33,000 nucleotides of DNA, from contig NC_068984.1 of assembly GCF_001194135.2 (NCBI RefSeq), positions 60,745,660-60,778,659 on the forward strand, read 5' to 3'. Position 1 is the first letter of the stretch, and each line of letters starts with the position of its first letter. Positions 11,060 to 23,509 of this stretch are shown one piece after another. Below the pieces are notes generated by a model. The model searched no databases and had not been told where the DNA came from. It saw only the letters and a program-made list of their open reading frames with translations. A program made the position numbers and the translations under genes. This DNA is from Octopus bimaculoides (taxonomy: Eukaryota).

Positions 11060-11270
11060 CATGCATATATGGGCACAGGACATCACAAAAAGTATTAAAC
11101 ACAATGAGAAACGAAAACATAAAGACGAAGATAGAAAAGGAACTTTTTTTTGAACAACAAAAAAAAAACAGAGAAACGAGACATGCAACATAAAGAATAT
11201 TTCCCTTCTTCAGTTGTTCCTGTTCCATTACTCCACGTTTCGAAGGCAAGGACAATACGCGACACACACA
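11060..11270 (-). repeat. Unclassified repeat between (TA)n and (CA)n tracts (Penelope-like terminus suspected)
   Basis: CpG-retaining non-coding segment embedded in microsatellites; carries a CGAAA...CTGAAGA motif on the minus strand. Confidence 0.3.
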
Positions 11271-11769
11271 CCAGACACACACACACATATATATATGGTG
11301 ATCAAACATGTTTTGTATATTAAAGTGAACAGCATTCAAAGTATAAGATTAATCTATATATTTGTACAATTATTGAAACCAGTCAATTTATCTTACTAAT
11401 AGCTTCAAAGCCACTCAAAGTAGGTGAATACCTAGTAGCAGACTTGGTTGACTCATAAATCTGTTTTGATCAACAAAGCTATTTGCTTTGGATACAAAGG
11501 AAGTTGTGCTTACTTCTGCTTGTGAAAAGATAAATGGATATTTTTCTTAATATTAGAAAAATAACAATAAAAAAACCCCAATTCTTTTCCCCTTCAAACG
11601 TCAACTAAATCTGATGATAAATGCTCAACTACTTTGAGAGGCTTCAAAACTTAGATTAATAACTTAGATTAACTGATTTCTATAACTGTATGTGTGTATG
11701 TGTGTGTGTCTACACACACACACACACATTTGATAATGTTAACTGAAGAGTTATTATACGTATTCTCTT

Positions 11770-12095
11770 GGGCTATCATTCATCTGATGAAATTGACAAG
11801 ACTATCATTGTCCTGTACAAAAACTCATAAACCTTTGTGCAAAGAACAAACGGTCTAATTAAAAGATTCCTAACAGAAGAGTTCCTCCAAGGAGACACCT
11901 TAGCTTTTTTTATCTTTGTGATTGTAAGTGGACTACACTCTTTGGCAAAATCTTGCCCCCTATCCAAGACAAAGGCGTCACAGTCAAGCAGAAGTGATCA
12001 AGACTTCAATAGAGCTTTTATCCCTCTGACCTTTTCTATGCTGATGGTCTTGCTCTCTCAGCTCATCAACTGTGTGATGCATAAGACTTCTTAGC
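11770..12095 (+). mobile_element. Decayed reverse-transcriptase fragment of an RTE-like LINE
   Basis: IIVLYKNS*TFVQRTNG...LQGDTLAFFIFVIV resembles the RT motif GVLQGDTLAPFLFIIV. Downstream FYADGLALS is a YADD-like box in another frame. Confidence 0.7.
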
Positions 12096-12831
12096 ATCCC
12101 TTAAGATAAAGGATATGGAGAAAAATTACTATGATTGGAAACAGGTGGGAATTGACAATAGCAAGGGTATCTGGCCACAGAATGCCTGCCACATTTTCCA
12201 ACTGATCCATGGAAGCATGAAAAAGCAGACATTAAAATAACAATGGTGAATCTACAGTTATCATAAATACACACAAATAAGCACATACACCCTGTCTGTG
12301 TAGGTGGAAGTAACTTGTCACATTAAGTTTGATAATTTCAGTAAATGAAAACTCACAATATTCAACTTTAAATGTCTATAATTATCCTAGAGCTAAAATA
12401 GAAGTTTTAGTGTTAGGATTAACTAAATATTATGTTATGTATTCTGAAAATACACATATTGCAATAGGAAAATAATAATTCATGCCTTAGTAAGTTGCTT
12501 CCTTTACAAAAACAACATACTCAACCGAACACACCATAAAGTTTAAGATAAATACGATGAACAACAATAATAACAATTCTTTGTTGCTTTTATAATTAAT
12601 AATCACACTCTACTTACAAGATTGTAATTAAATTCCAGCTATTGTCATTAGTTTTGCCACACTTCATACTTTATGAATTAATACTAAATGTGTGTGTGTA
12701 TGTGTACGTGTGTGTGTGTGTGTGTGTGTATGTGAGCATTTATATAAATATATGTATATATTTTCACACATACACACTCACACATATATAAATATATATA
12801 TATACACACATTCCCACACATGCATATATAA

Positions 12832-12875
<44 letters not shown>

Positions 12876-13429
12876 GCAAACTCACACATACATACATAAG
12901 TGTATATATATAAATACACACACACACATGTTACATGATTGACAAATGACGTGGTCTGAGTTTATGTGTTGAAATTGAAGCAATTATATTTTGGAAGAGA
13001 CATGATAGCTGTTGCTTTTGTTTTAACTCTTGGTAGCATTGTTTGTATGTATGCATGTGTGTGTATACATATATAGTTATGTACATATGTATGTATATCA
13101 TTATCATCATTTAACATCTGTATTCCAGGCTGACATGCATTGGTTGGTTCAACAGTATTTACAAGCCAGAAAACTGTGTTGAACTCCAATGTCTGCTTTG
13201 GCATGGTTTAGATGGTCAGATACACTTTATAATTCCAGCCACTTTACAGAGTTTACTATGAGTGTTTTTACATGGCACCAGCACTGGTGAGGTTACCAAG
13301 TATCTTGCAAGACAAGACCCTTTGACTGAGTGGGGGTGCAGTATTGAGGGAGGTGGCTTTGTGCAAGGTGTAGGAGTGGCTAAAGTATGACAGAGAAACA
13401 GGAACTTACTATAGAAGCGATACATGACT

Positions 13430-14380
13430 ACCTCAGCAGAAAAGAGAGAAAGGAGGGAGATGGGGTATCAAGACTTACCCACAAGGTGTAAGAAAGTGGA
13501 CAAAGAGGGAATAGAGATAGAGGATTGAAGATGGTTGCATGGAGTAGATGCTTAAAAGTGTGAAAAAAGGTTGGCAGATTGTTTGTAAATGGTTAACATA
13601 GGTGGGGGTATGGACAATGGTGAATCACAGTTTGGAGGGGAAAGTAAAAAACAAAAAAACGGAATGGGTCAGAGAAAATGAGGTGATAGGTGGCAGTAAA
13701 TAAAAGCAGGAAGGTGAAGTGCATCAGTATAATAAAATCATAGCTAGGTCAGAAATAGGGAGATAACGTGATGTATAGGAAAAGAGATGATGTACAGCAA
13801 CAGAGACAGGGGTCAGAGGCACATAGGGGTGGATATTGTGAGCGGCAAAAGGGAGGGTGCATTGATGGCAGAATATTAGATGAGTGACAAGAGAAGTAGT
13901 TCCATGGATAGAGTTAAGTGGTAGCACAAAAAGAGGAATGAAATATATGCAGTTCTGCTCTTATACAATTACTGCTAGTGAGGCAACAGCACTGCTGTTT
14001 GAAGTGTAAAGGAAAAGTGAAATGTGGGGAAGGCTTGGCAGGTACAGATTGGGTGTGAGGGCATAGATATTGACAATATGCTTTTATGATCTTATTTTTT
14101 GCAGATAGATGATTCTTCTCAAGCATATCAGCTTGCCAATCAGCTCAATTCTTTGTCATCTTCTCCATGAGGTTCAGCAATCCAAGATCAATCTTCAACC
14201 CACTTTAGTTTGTTGCTGGTAATCTCTAGACATGTCACAAAATTAAGCTGATTCTGATCAGGTCTTAGGAATGAATATTTGGCTGTGAAGTATATTTGAG
14301 ATTTGATGTCTCTGTATACAATTAGACATGTGACTAGAGATACCAAGGTTGTCTTAGTAACATTATGAGTCTCTGGAAAA
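13430..14380 (-). mobile_element. Highly decayed LINE 3' region (CR1/L2-like)
   Basis: Strong purine/pyrimidine strand skew and faint similarity to the LINE RT C-terminus; many stops. Confidence 0.4.
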
Positions 14381-15184
14381 ATCATTGCACTGGGACCTTA
14401 TGGTATTATTTATTTACTGACAGCAAGCTACAGCATACATAGATCAAAATTGAGTCCCTAAACACGTGAGAGCCCTGAGCAAATTAATGCTGTGGGTTCT
14501 ATAGTATTTATTTATTTACAGCAAGCCATGGGATCAGAATTGGGTCCTAGACCTCTGAAGCCACCTTGGGAACTGCTTTGTGTGTTCATGCTTTAGGGTA
14601 TCACTGAGTGATATGTGATATGATATTTAGTTACTTATAACATTAAAATAATGTGTCTTGAAATGCTTTTATTTTTAAAAGGCATGTCACCAAGGAAAAA
14701 GTTTGGTGAGCTCTGATCTAGGAAATCTTATTAAGTCTGGAGGTGAATGTCGTCAAATATAGTGACTAGACAAGGGAGGAAGTTGAAGCAACTGTTAACT
14801 CTGTTCAAAACAAAGGATTTATCTTGTACAGAGTAAAAGACAAACTGGATGAAGAAATCTTTTTATATTGTTACTTAGCCTTAGGCCAGCAATGATCAAC
14901 CAGATCAGATGTGTTCCAGCCACAATCAGATTGTATTTATTTAGACAATGTCTCTAGAACTACATTATCTAATGAGTCCAAGAGTAGAGTATGATTCAAG
15001 TGGGGAGGGAAATTCAGCTGCTAATTCTAACAGCTCAGTGGTTATACAGAGGTTCAAGTTGCTGTCTGATGTGTAAGATATGATACTACACGACAGTGAG
15101 ACATGAAGCATGGAGACTGAATATCAAAGCTCTGCAGACGATGAAAAAGATGAAGAGATTGATAGATAGATAGACTGATAGATT

Positions 15185-15233
<49 letters not shown>

Positions 15234-16539
15234 GCAGAGAGACCGACATAAATAAATTGATAAATAAATCAGATTTCAACTTAACTTCACAAACGAGATG
15301 ACAAAGAAAGAAATGAATGATTTATGTTCTACAGGAGAACCATCCAACTCTTGGAGTAATGGATGTTAAAAACCATGCAGTTAAAAGGTGTACACACACA
15401 CACCACCACCACCACCACCACCACCACCACACACATGCATATATATGTACAACATACATACACAAGCCTATATGCTTATATATTCAGATGCACATATGCT
15501 CATATAAATAATACATGTAAATGTTTAAGAGAGAGAAAATTCCTTTTGTCAACGATAAAGTTTTATTCTGTTAATATATTCTATTATATTCCTTTCTTCT
15601 TTCTGACAATAAAATTTTCCAACAAATATCCTCGTTAGAAAGCCTTCCATACTTCCTGATTATCATTCCACAAGACTTATTTTACACAGCGCAACTACAA
15701 CAGCAACAAAAGTAAAAATACTTAAATAGTAGGTTACATAGAAACAGGAATTTTGAGAAAAAGAAAAACAAACAAAATATGTCATTTTTGTTGAATCACA
15801 TTGTGTATAATGTTTTTTATATGTGCATATATGCATACATATAGCTATATATATAGAACTATATATACACATTTATATATATATATATATAATTATATAT
15901 ATATACATGTATGTATATATGTATGCATATATATATATTCTTTGTTTATATTTATCTTGTTAATTGTTTAAAAAAATCTTTTAAATTACATTAAATATAT
16001 ATGTGTTTGTATGCACTTGTATGTGTGTTTTTATAAGTATCTGTATATATATATATATATATGTACATACCTGTATATACACAACATACATGTACATATA
16101 TACATATATATAATTATATGTATATATGTATGCATATTTATATATATATATGTGTGTATATATGTATATGTATATATAAATATATATGCATATAAATATA
16201 TTTCCTGTTTATGTTTGTCTTATTTGTTAGATTTTCTTTTCAAAATTTACATTTAATTTACACATTTAAAAAAAAATTTAAATTACATTAAATGAGCAAT
16301 TAACTGTTTGTCAATTTGCTTTTCTTATTTTCTCTCTCTCTATTTTACATTTAAATATGATTTCATTCAGAAAAGCTAATAATTGTAACTTTACATGCTG
16401 CTAGTGTTTCATCACACTAGTGCAACGTTTAATTTCAATCTTATGTTTCATTGAAAGCTGTGTTATTTATAATTTGTTTTTATTCCTTCATTTCATCACC
16501 TATATTTTTGATTTTATTATCATAATTTTATATTCTTAA

Positions 16540-16972
16540 GTGCAAGCATGGTTTTGTGATATGAAGTTTGCTTCCCAACCACACAGTCTCAGTTTCTGTT
16601 TCAGTGTGTGTCTCAGGTTTTTGGCCAAGTGTTTTCTACTATAGCTCCAGGCTGACCAAAGACTTATGAGTGGACCTGGTAGATGGAAATTGAAGGAAGC
16701 CTGTCATATATTATGTATATCTGTGTTACTGTCACTTTGCTTTGACATTATTTGATAGTTGTAAATGAATATCACCTGCATAGAAGTAGTGTATTTAATT
16801 TCCAATCTTCCATGAAAACATGTCTGGTCATGGAGAAATTTTATCTTGCTTGGAAACAGTTGAGGGTTGGTGATAGGAAGGGCATCAGGCTGTAGAGAAT
16901 CTGCCTTGATAAATTCCATCTGATCCATGCAATCAAGGAAAAGTGGACATTAGACAATAATGATGATGATGA
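16540..16972 (+). mobile_element. SINE family 2 head joined to an RTE-like (GAT)n tail
   Basis: ggccaagtgttttctactatagc...ggtagatggaaattgaaggaagcc head; tail aggaagggcatc...ggaaaagtggacatt..gatgatgat is shared with 10683-10970. Confidence 0.75.
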
Positions 16973-17109
16973 GATGCAGGATGTTGAATTGAGGAGCAGG
17001 TAGAGCATCAGAGAAAACTCCTTGTGATGTTATTTATGTGATGATATTTATGTGACGATATTTGCAATAGTTCTGGACCTATGTGTTCAGTTCTCACTAA
17101 CATAAAATT

Positions 17110-17680
17110 TACCTGTCTTTAAGAATAAATAAAATCAAGTACCAGTGAAGTACTTGAGTCAATATAATCAATAGTATCATTTCTACAAAACTTTGTGGCC
17201 TTGAACCAATATGAGAAATTCTTGTTATTATCATTATTATGGAAAAGGCAGCAAGCTGGCAGAATTGTTAACAAACTGGGCAAAATGCTTAGAGGTATTT
17301 AGTCCATCTTTACATCCTGAGTTCAAATTCTGCAGAGGTTGACTTTGCCTTTCATTTTTCTGGGTTGATAAAAAAAGTACCAGTTCAGTACTGGGGTCAA
17401 CATATTTGACTCATACCCTCTGCTGAAATTGCTGGCCTTGTGCCAAAATTTGAAACCATTATTGTTATTATGAAGGTGGCTGCCTGGTAGACTTGTTAAC
17501 TTACTGAAGCAAATCCTGCTAAGCACTTCTTCCAGTTCTTTACATTCTGAGTTCAAGTGCTGCCTTTTATCCTTTTGAGGTTAATAAAATAAGTACCAGT
17601 TGCACACAGGGATCAATATAATCAACCAGTTCCCCCACCACAAATTTCAAGCCTTGTGCCTATAATAGAAATGATTATCA
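17110..17680 (+). mobile_element. SINE family 1 cluster (one partial and two full copies)
   Basis: ggcagcaagctggcagaattg heads at about 17247 and 17474; TTA-rich spacers between copies. Confidence 0.85.
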
Positions 17681-17844
17681 TTATTATTTTGCTAGTGCAT
17701 GCTAATTTAGCTAGCTGGTAATTTATCATGAGGTTTGATGACAATCTCTGCAAAACTCAAGAATCTTTCTTAGGATTCTTGCAGAATATAGAATGGTACT
17801 TTTCTACAGGTCAATGACACAAATTTTAATTCTTATTTCTTTCA

Positions 17845-18460
17845 ATATTTTAGGTAGCATTTTAAGTGTTGTGCCAAGTGCACCAATCACTACAGGAATA
17901 GTTGTTGTCTTGGTCTTCAGTACTCTGGATTAATACTGATATTTCTCAATTTCTTCAGGGTTTTTTTTTTGTATTGACTCTGCTATCATAGGGAATTGCA
18001 AAATCTATGACCTTACACTGTTTACTTTGTCTTCTATAATCATATCTGGCCTTCTTGCCAGAATAGTATGGTCAGTCTTTATGGGGAAGTCCCACAAGAT
18101 CTAGTAATTGTAATTTTCTATCACAGCTTCTGGTTTCTTCCAGTCTTTTAGGTAGCATTGTGAGGAATTTCTTTCAGTCTTTTAGGTAGCATTTTGAGTG
18201 TTGTGCCAAGGAATAATTGTTATCTTGGTCTTCAAGAGTCTCCTTAGTATTCTGGTTTGATCCTGATATTTCTCAATTTTTAAAGTTTTTTTTAATCTAC
18301 CTGCTGTCATAGGGAATTGCAAGATCTATAACCTTACACTGTTTATTTTATAATTATACCTAGTTTTCTTGCTTGAATAGTGTGGCCAGTTTTTATGGCA
18401 AAGTCCCACAAAATCTTGTAATTATCATTTTCCTATCACAGCCTTTGGTTTGTGTTGTCA
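17845..18460 (-). mobile_element. Two tandem RLE-domain fragments of another R4-like subfamily
   Basis: Minus strand reads ILWDFPIKTDHTILARRPDMII../KQCKVIDFAIPYDSRVNTK and TTIPVVIGALGTTLK. The unit of about 300 bp occurs twice (about 17845-18140 and 18150-18460). Confidence 0.8.
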
Positions 18461-18689
18461 CCAGTTTTCTGTTGTCCTGTAGCCACACATACACACACTC
18501 AGCTAATGGCTAATATTTCAATGCACTCTTTTACCTACACAATCATGTTTGCACTTATACTCCTTTTATGCTTGTATACTGCACTTACTCAAAATGTGCT
18601 CTTTACTTATTATTATCATTACTGTTGTTGTTGTTGCTGATTACTTATTTCTTCTGCCTTTTTTTCTCTTTATTTCTCTTCATATATAG

Positions 18690-18842
18690 GTTTTAGACCT
18701 GATAGATGACAGAATACTGGCAGGGTGCAAAGAACAATCACGTGAATTCAAACAAAAGGCATTGGAAGCCTTAGATATATTTGAAGCATCTGAGGCAAAA
18801 TCTGCTTTGAAGAACATTTTGCTGGCAGTCTCAAAATTTTGA
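18690..18842 (+). CDS. PDSS2: Terminal coding exon of decaprenyl-diphosphate synthase subunit 2 (coenzyme Q side-chain synthesis)
   Basis: Pyrimidine tract and acceptor (ttctctttatttctcttcatatatag|GTT), then a phase-0 frame VLDLIDDRILAGCKEQSREFKQKALEALDIFEASEAKSALKNILLAVSKF*. The last 28 aa match the vertebrate PDSS2 C-terminus as recalled ([28 protein letters not shown]) at 18/28 positions. Length and phase resemble the recalled human last exon. Absent from the ORF track because it has no ATG. Confidence 0.85.
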   Translation, partial: VLDLIDDRILAGCKEQSREFKQKALEALDIFEASEAKSALKNILLAVSKF

Positions 18843-18872
18843 TCCCAAATAATCATTAAGAAGAAAGAAAAA

Positions 18873-18878
18873 AATAAA
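18873..18878 (+). promoter_or_regulatory. Candidate polyadenylation signal for PDSS2 (a second AATAAA at 18948-18953)
   Basis: AATAAA 31 nt after the stop. The region is very A-rich, so chance occurrence is likely. Confidence 0.3.
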
Positions 18879-19379
18879 ATAATGATAATAATAATAAGGA
18901 AAAAAGGAAAAAATATGATTAAAAAAATGAAGTAAATAGTATAATTTAATAAAAATAAAATTAAAGAAATAAATATATTGATGTATTATTTTTATTTTCA
19001 CACTGAAATAAATTACTTCAAGATGAAAAAAGATGGTCACAGAAAAGAAATGGTAAAAAAAAACCCATTCTTTTTTTTTTTTTGCACTTAGAATTTTTTT
19101 ATTATTTTTTTTATTATTTGTTTAGTTCTCATCAAATTCATTGATTTTAGTTTATATAGATTTTATTAAATCCCCAAGATGCTAGTTCTTTATATATATA
19201 TATATTTTTTTATACTGTAAAAACTTTATCTTAACCAAACATTTGGTGATAACCATAAATCGTAGTTGTAAAAGAGGATAATTCAATATAAGTTGCATGG
19301 TTTCGCAGTCGAAGACAGTGGTGGAGGTGGTGGTGGTGGGGAGAAAATATTCTTCAAAGTTATTGTAATCATCCCCTTT

Positions 19380-19680
19380 ATCATTGTTGCCATCATCATT
19401 GTCTTCCTCCTTTTCATCATCATCATCATCGTCATCATCATCAGCTTGTCATTGTTATTGTCATTGTAAACATCAGTATCAGCATTATTCCCCACCCTCA
19501 TCACTTTCATTACCAATTGTTGTACTTTGCAGCATCTTCATATTCCACTTCCATTGCTGCTTCTGTTGCTGCAACTAATGCTGCCACTTCTACTGCTACT
19601 AATGCTCCCTCCTGCTGCCACCACCAGCACCACCACCACAAGCAACATCACCACCACCACCACTACCACAACCATTACCC
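19380..19680. repeat. Compound trinucleotide microsatellite (ATC/GCT/CAC)
   Basis: Directly visible; source of the poly-H/S/T/A pseudo-ORFs. Confidence 0.95.
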
Positions 19681-19999
19681 AATTGTGGCACTCAATTTTA
19701 TGTTCATCATTCAAATGTTAATTGTTATGATGGTCATGACATTGAAAAAGGAAAAAGCACCAGTACTGATGAAGTACTGCTGCCAATTTAGATTTAATTG
19801 GTTACAAATCAAGAATCTCTAAGGTAATCTGACATTCTCATTAACTTCATTCTGGCAGCTTCTGCAATGACACTGGTGCCAAGCTGTATTGCCTCTTGCC
19901 CTTCCTGTAAGTGCTGTCATTACTGTGGAGAGGGGAAACTTGAAGGTATAAATTTTGCCAATGCCCTTCTATCATCAATTACTTTATAGAGTGTTCTTC

Positions 20000-20130
20000 T
20001 GCTCAAACCTTTTGCTCCCTAGGGAGCATAGGCCATTGATGATTTCCCTTCTCTGTTCTCGACTCTGGCCTGTCTTTTTTATTTCTCCCAAGTTTTGTTG
20101 GTTTTAAATTGTCATCGATGGGTCTGTAAC
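20000..20130 (-). mobile_element. RTE-type LINE 3' end remnant
   Basis: Minus strand REIINGLCSLGSKR resembles the RTE ORF terminus. Confidence 0.4.
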
Positions 20131-20584
20131 TTTTCTGTTTTTAAGGTGGAGATTTTGGCCAAATGCAAACCTATTTTTTACCTCTAGGAAGAGGTAAAAA
20201 ATGCCTCAGGGTTTGAGCAGAATATTTGTTACAATGATATTTCTGCTTCAGCAGCTCAGGGCTGAATCTGTCTGAAATGTTATAGAAATTAGGTCAGTTT
20301 GAAAACATTGATTCTCAGGTCACAAAAGTTAAAATAAGTTCTGAGGTGAATTTGATGTGATCAATTAGATTTTTCAAAGTAGTGCTCAAGCATAGCTGCT
20401 GGCTGGTGGCTGAAACAAATAGAAGAGTAAGTAGATAATTTAAGAACTATTATTATCTAGCAAATAATTCTGGTATAAAAAGTGCATGTTTGACAACTCC
20501 AAAAGTTTACTTAATATAAATTAGAGTTTTTAAAAATTAATATGGAATTATAACAGTGCATAACATGATTTTTGTTGTTGGATA

Positions 20585-20990
20585 GCAACTGTTAGTTCTT
20601 ATTTGCTTACCCCTTGAAAGTATGAAAAATAGCTAATATTTCCATCAAACTTTGCTTTTCTTACATTTATTCAAACCCCAAAGAATCCCTCTATGATGCT
20701 ACCCCACTACTCCTGCACTTGATCAGAGATGCACATATTGTCAGTCACTAAGGGGCATACTCATGTGGTTAAGGTCAAGCAACTGACAAGCAAATCTGTG
20801 GTATTGAGCAGAATATTTGCTACAATGATATTTCTGCTTCAGCAACTCAGCGCTGAATCTGTCTGAAATGTAATAGAAATTAGGTCAGTTTGGAAACATT
20901 GATTTCCAGGTTACAAAAGCAAAGTTTGAAGGGGATAGTAGTCATTTCTTTTGATTTCTACATAGAAGTAAATAGGAAATAACACTTACA
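20585..20990 (-). mobile_element. Reverse-oriented copy of the 6484-6920 element (partial third copy at about 20215-20335)
   Basis: gcaactgacaagcaaatctgtgg...gaatctgtctgaaatg...ggtcagttt is the reverse complement of 6578-6685; same subterminal repeats. Confidence 0.75.
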
Positions 20991-21556
20991 GACCAAACAC
21001 ACACACAAAAAAATATTAATTTTGTTACACAGTGTAATTCATCAAACAACATATTTTGGCTTACTATATCAAATATGATAACTTCTATTTTATTTTTATG
21101 CTTTCATACATCAGACAAATTCTGGCTAATGTTCTGTAGTCATTCTTATAAAGTTATTACATACACAAACTCACACAAAAGAAACTCTGTATCCTTCTTG
21201 TATATTTAAGATTTAGCAGTCACTGTTGTCTTATACATTACTGACAAGGTCTTATAAGGCTGAAACATGTCTCAAGTTCTTAGCATACTACAAGATATTT
21301 TACTCATTCCCTATTGTATTTGGTATTTATATTTGGTTAACAATAATCCTGCTAGTCTTGCAACAGAAAGACTGCACGAGAAGATGATAGCAGTTGTATG
21401 GTCTTGCTGTTAATGGACACGTTGCTGGAAAATGAATTGCTGAAAAAAAAAATAATAAATAAACAAATAAAAAGTGTTATCTACATAGGTTTTGAACTGA
21501 AAAGTGTGAAAACTGTTTAGCTATTTCTTTTCCCCATAAACCATCTCTATCACCAT

Positions 21557-21557
21557 G

Positions 21558-21625
<68 letters not shown>
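21557..21625 (+). repeat. (TAA)n microsatellite; further tracts at about 22122-22155, 23460-23508, 25770-25829, 26110-26215, 26813-26880 and 27530-27830
   Basis: Directly visible. Confidence 0.98.
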
Positions 21626-21627
<2 letters not shown>

Positions 21628-21824
21628 AAAGTCTTTCTTTTCAATGAAGGTAAGTAGATTCTCTGAGGATAGAAGTCACTGATTGAGTTGCTTATTCAAT
21701 CAACTACTGAATTACAGTTATGTTTCAAGCACAACTTATTTGTGGTAAATACTTCCCAACTGTCAGAAGAAGTACAATAACAACAGCAATAACAATAATA
21801 GTGGTTGCTGCTGCTGCTGATGAT

Positions 21825-22105
21825 AATGGTTACTAATTTAGGCTCAAAGCCTGTAGTTGTGAGGGAAAGAGTTTGGTTGATAAACCAATACTTGACCAGG
21901 CTATTTTATTTTACTGATTCTCAGAAGGGTAACAGCAATGTTGATCTTGGTGGGATATGAATCTCAATGGCACTATTGAGCCCCCCCAAAAGGATGAAGG
22001 ACAAAGTTAACCATGTTGGAATTTGAACTTAGGACATAAAGATGGATGAAATGTTGATAAGCATTTTGTCTGATGTACTAACAATTCTGCCAGTTTGCCA
22101 TTTTA
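21825..22105 (-). mobile_element. SINE family 1 with an internal partial duplication
   Basis: aaaggatgaaggacaaagttaacc...ggaatttgaactta; head abuts (TAA)n at 22122. Confidence 0.8.
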
Positions 22106-22155
22106 GTATTATCATTACATAAATAATAATAATAATAATGATAATAATAATAATA

Positions 22156-23460
22156 ACTACAAATGATAAACAGCTGGAAACATTACTACAGACAGTACAT
22201 GGATTTACCAAAGAAATAAATATGAAGTTTGGATTAGAAAAATGTGCCAAAGCAACTCTGAAAGGAGGAAAACTAGATAAGAGTAGCAACATCACACTAG
22301 ATAAAGCAAATGAAATAAGAGAATTAGACCAAATATTTAGGAATCAATGAACTAGATATGATACAACACACAAATGAAAGAGAAAATAGAAAAAGAATAC
22401 TATAGATGAGTTAGATCAATACTAAAAACAGAGCTCAATGCTGAAAATAAGATAATAGGTATTAACACTTTAGCCGTCCCAGTTATAAGTTACAGCTACA
22501 ATATCCTTAACTGGACACTAAACGAACTAATGAAAATAGACAGGAAAACAAGAAAAATAATGACAGGATCTAGGATGCACCACCCAAAATCTGACATAGA
22601 AAGGTTATATATACAACGTACAGAAGGTGGGAGAGGCCTTATACAACTGGAAAACTATTATAAAATAACCACCATAGGACTGCAAAAATACCTACTTCAG
22701 ATGCAAGGAAAACTAATACAAATAGCCACAAAACACGAGCAAAAAAAAACAAACTGTTTTCAGTATTTAAGGAAGCTGACAAATACAAACAAGAAATCAT
22801 ACTACCTAATAAATATGAAGAAGAGGAAGTAGAAACAACAACAGCTATAAAACAAATAAAATCTCCAAGCTAAAACTAGAACAACAACGGACCATGATAA
22901 AACAATGGCAAGAAAAGCCTCTTCATGGCAAATACTGGGCTAAACTAAATGCAAAAGAAATAGACAGAGAAAAACCCCAGATGGTTGAGAAGCTCAAGAC
23001 TCAAAGCAGAGACTGAAGGATTTTTAATTGCAGCACAAGACCAAAGCCTCCCCACCAGAAATTACCAAAAACATATAATGAAAAGAAACATAAAAAGTAA
23101 CTGCAGAATATGTGGCGATGGATAAGAAACAATAAATGATATTATCTCTGGCTGCCCAGTCCTGGCTAAGAAGGAATATATTCACAGACACAACAGAACT
23201 GGGACCTACATACACTGGAAGCTATGCTAACACTATTGAATAACAACAGAAAAAAGATGGTATAGGCACATGCCAGAAAAGGTCGAGAAAACGAGAAGGC
23301 AACCATACTCTGGGATATACCAATACACACAGATAGAGAAATTAAGGCCAATAGGCCANNNNNNNNNNGAGCATCACAGCAAACCACAGCACATACCCAA
23401 GGCACACAGAGCTGCGCTCAGTAGTGAATTGAAAACACGTTATAAAAATAAAACTACTGA
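22156..23460 (+). mobile_element. R4/Dong-like RLE non-LTR retrotransposon, 5'-truncated dead copy A
   Basis: RT C-terminal motifs (INMKFGLEKCAK, MHHPKSDIERLYIQRTEGGRGLIQLE), ETEGFLIAAQDQSLPTRNY, CCHC knuckle (CRICG..ETINDIISGCP) and ILWDIPIHTDREIKANR, with stops and frameshifts. Both ends abut (TAA)n. Confidence 0.9.
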
Positions 23461-23509
23461 ATAATAATAATAATAATAGTAATAATAATAATAATAATGA
23501 TAATAATAT

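Noticed and set aside
15335-15387. Possible penultimate PDSS2 exon (ENHPTLGVMDVKNHAVK)
   Set aside because: Ends in phase 2 while the last exon starts in phase 0; weak donor and no PDSS2 similarity.
19283-19822. Poly-His/Ser/Thr/Ala ORFs resembling low-complexity regulators
   Set aside because: Open in several frames because they are trinucleotide repeats; no domain or splice support.
21640-21656. Strong + strand donor gaag|gtaagt downstream of PDSS2
   Set aside because: Preceded only by (TAA)n, with no acceptor or coding frame.
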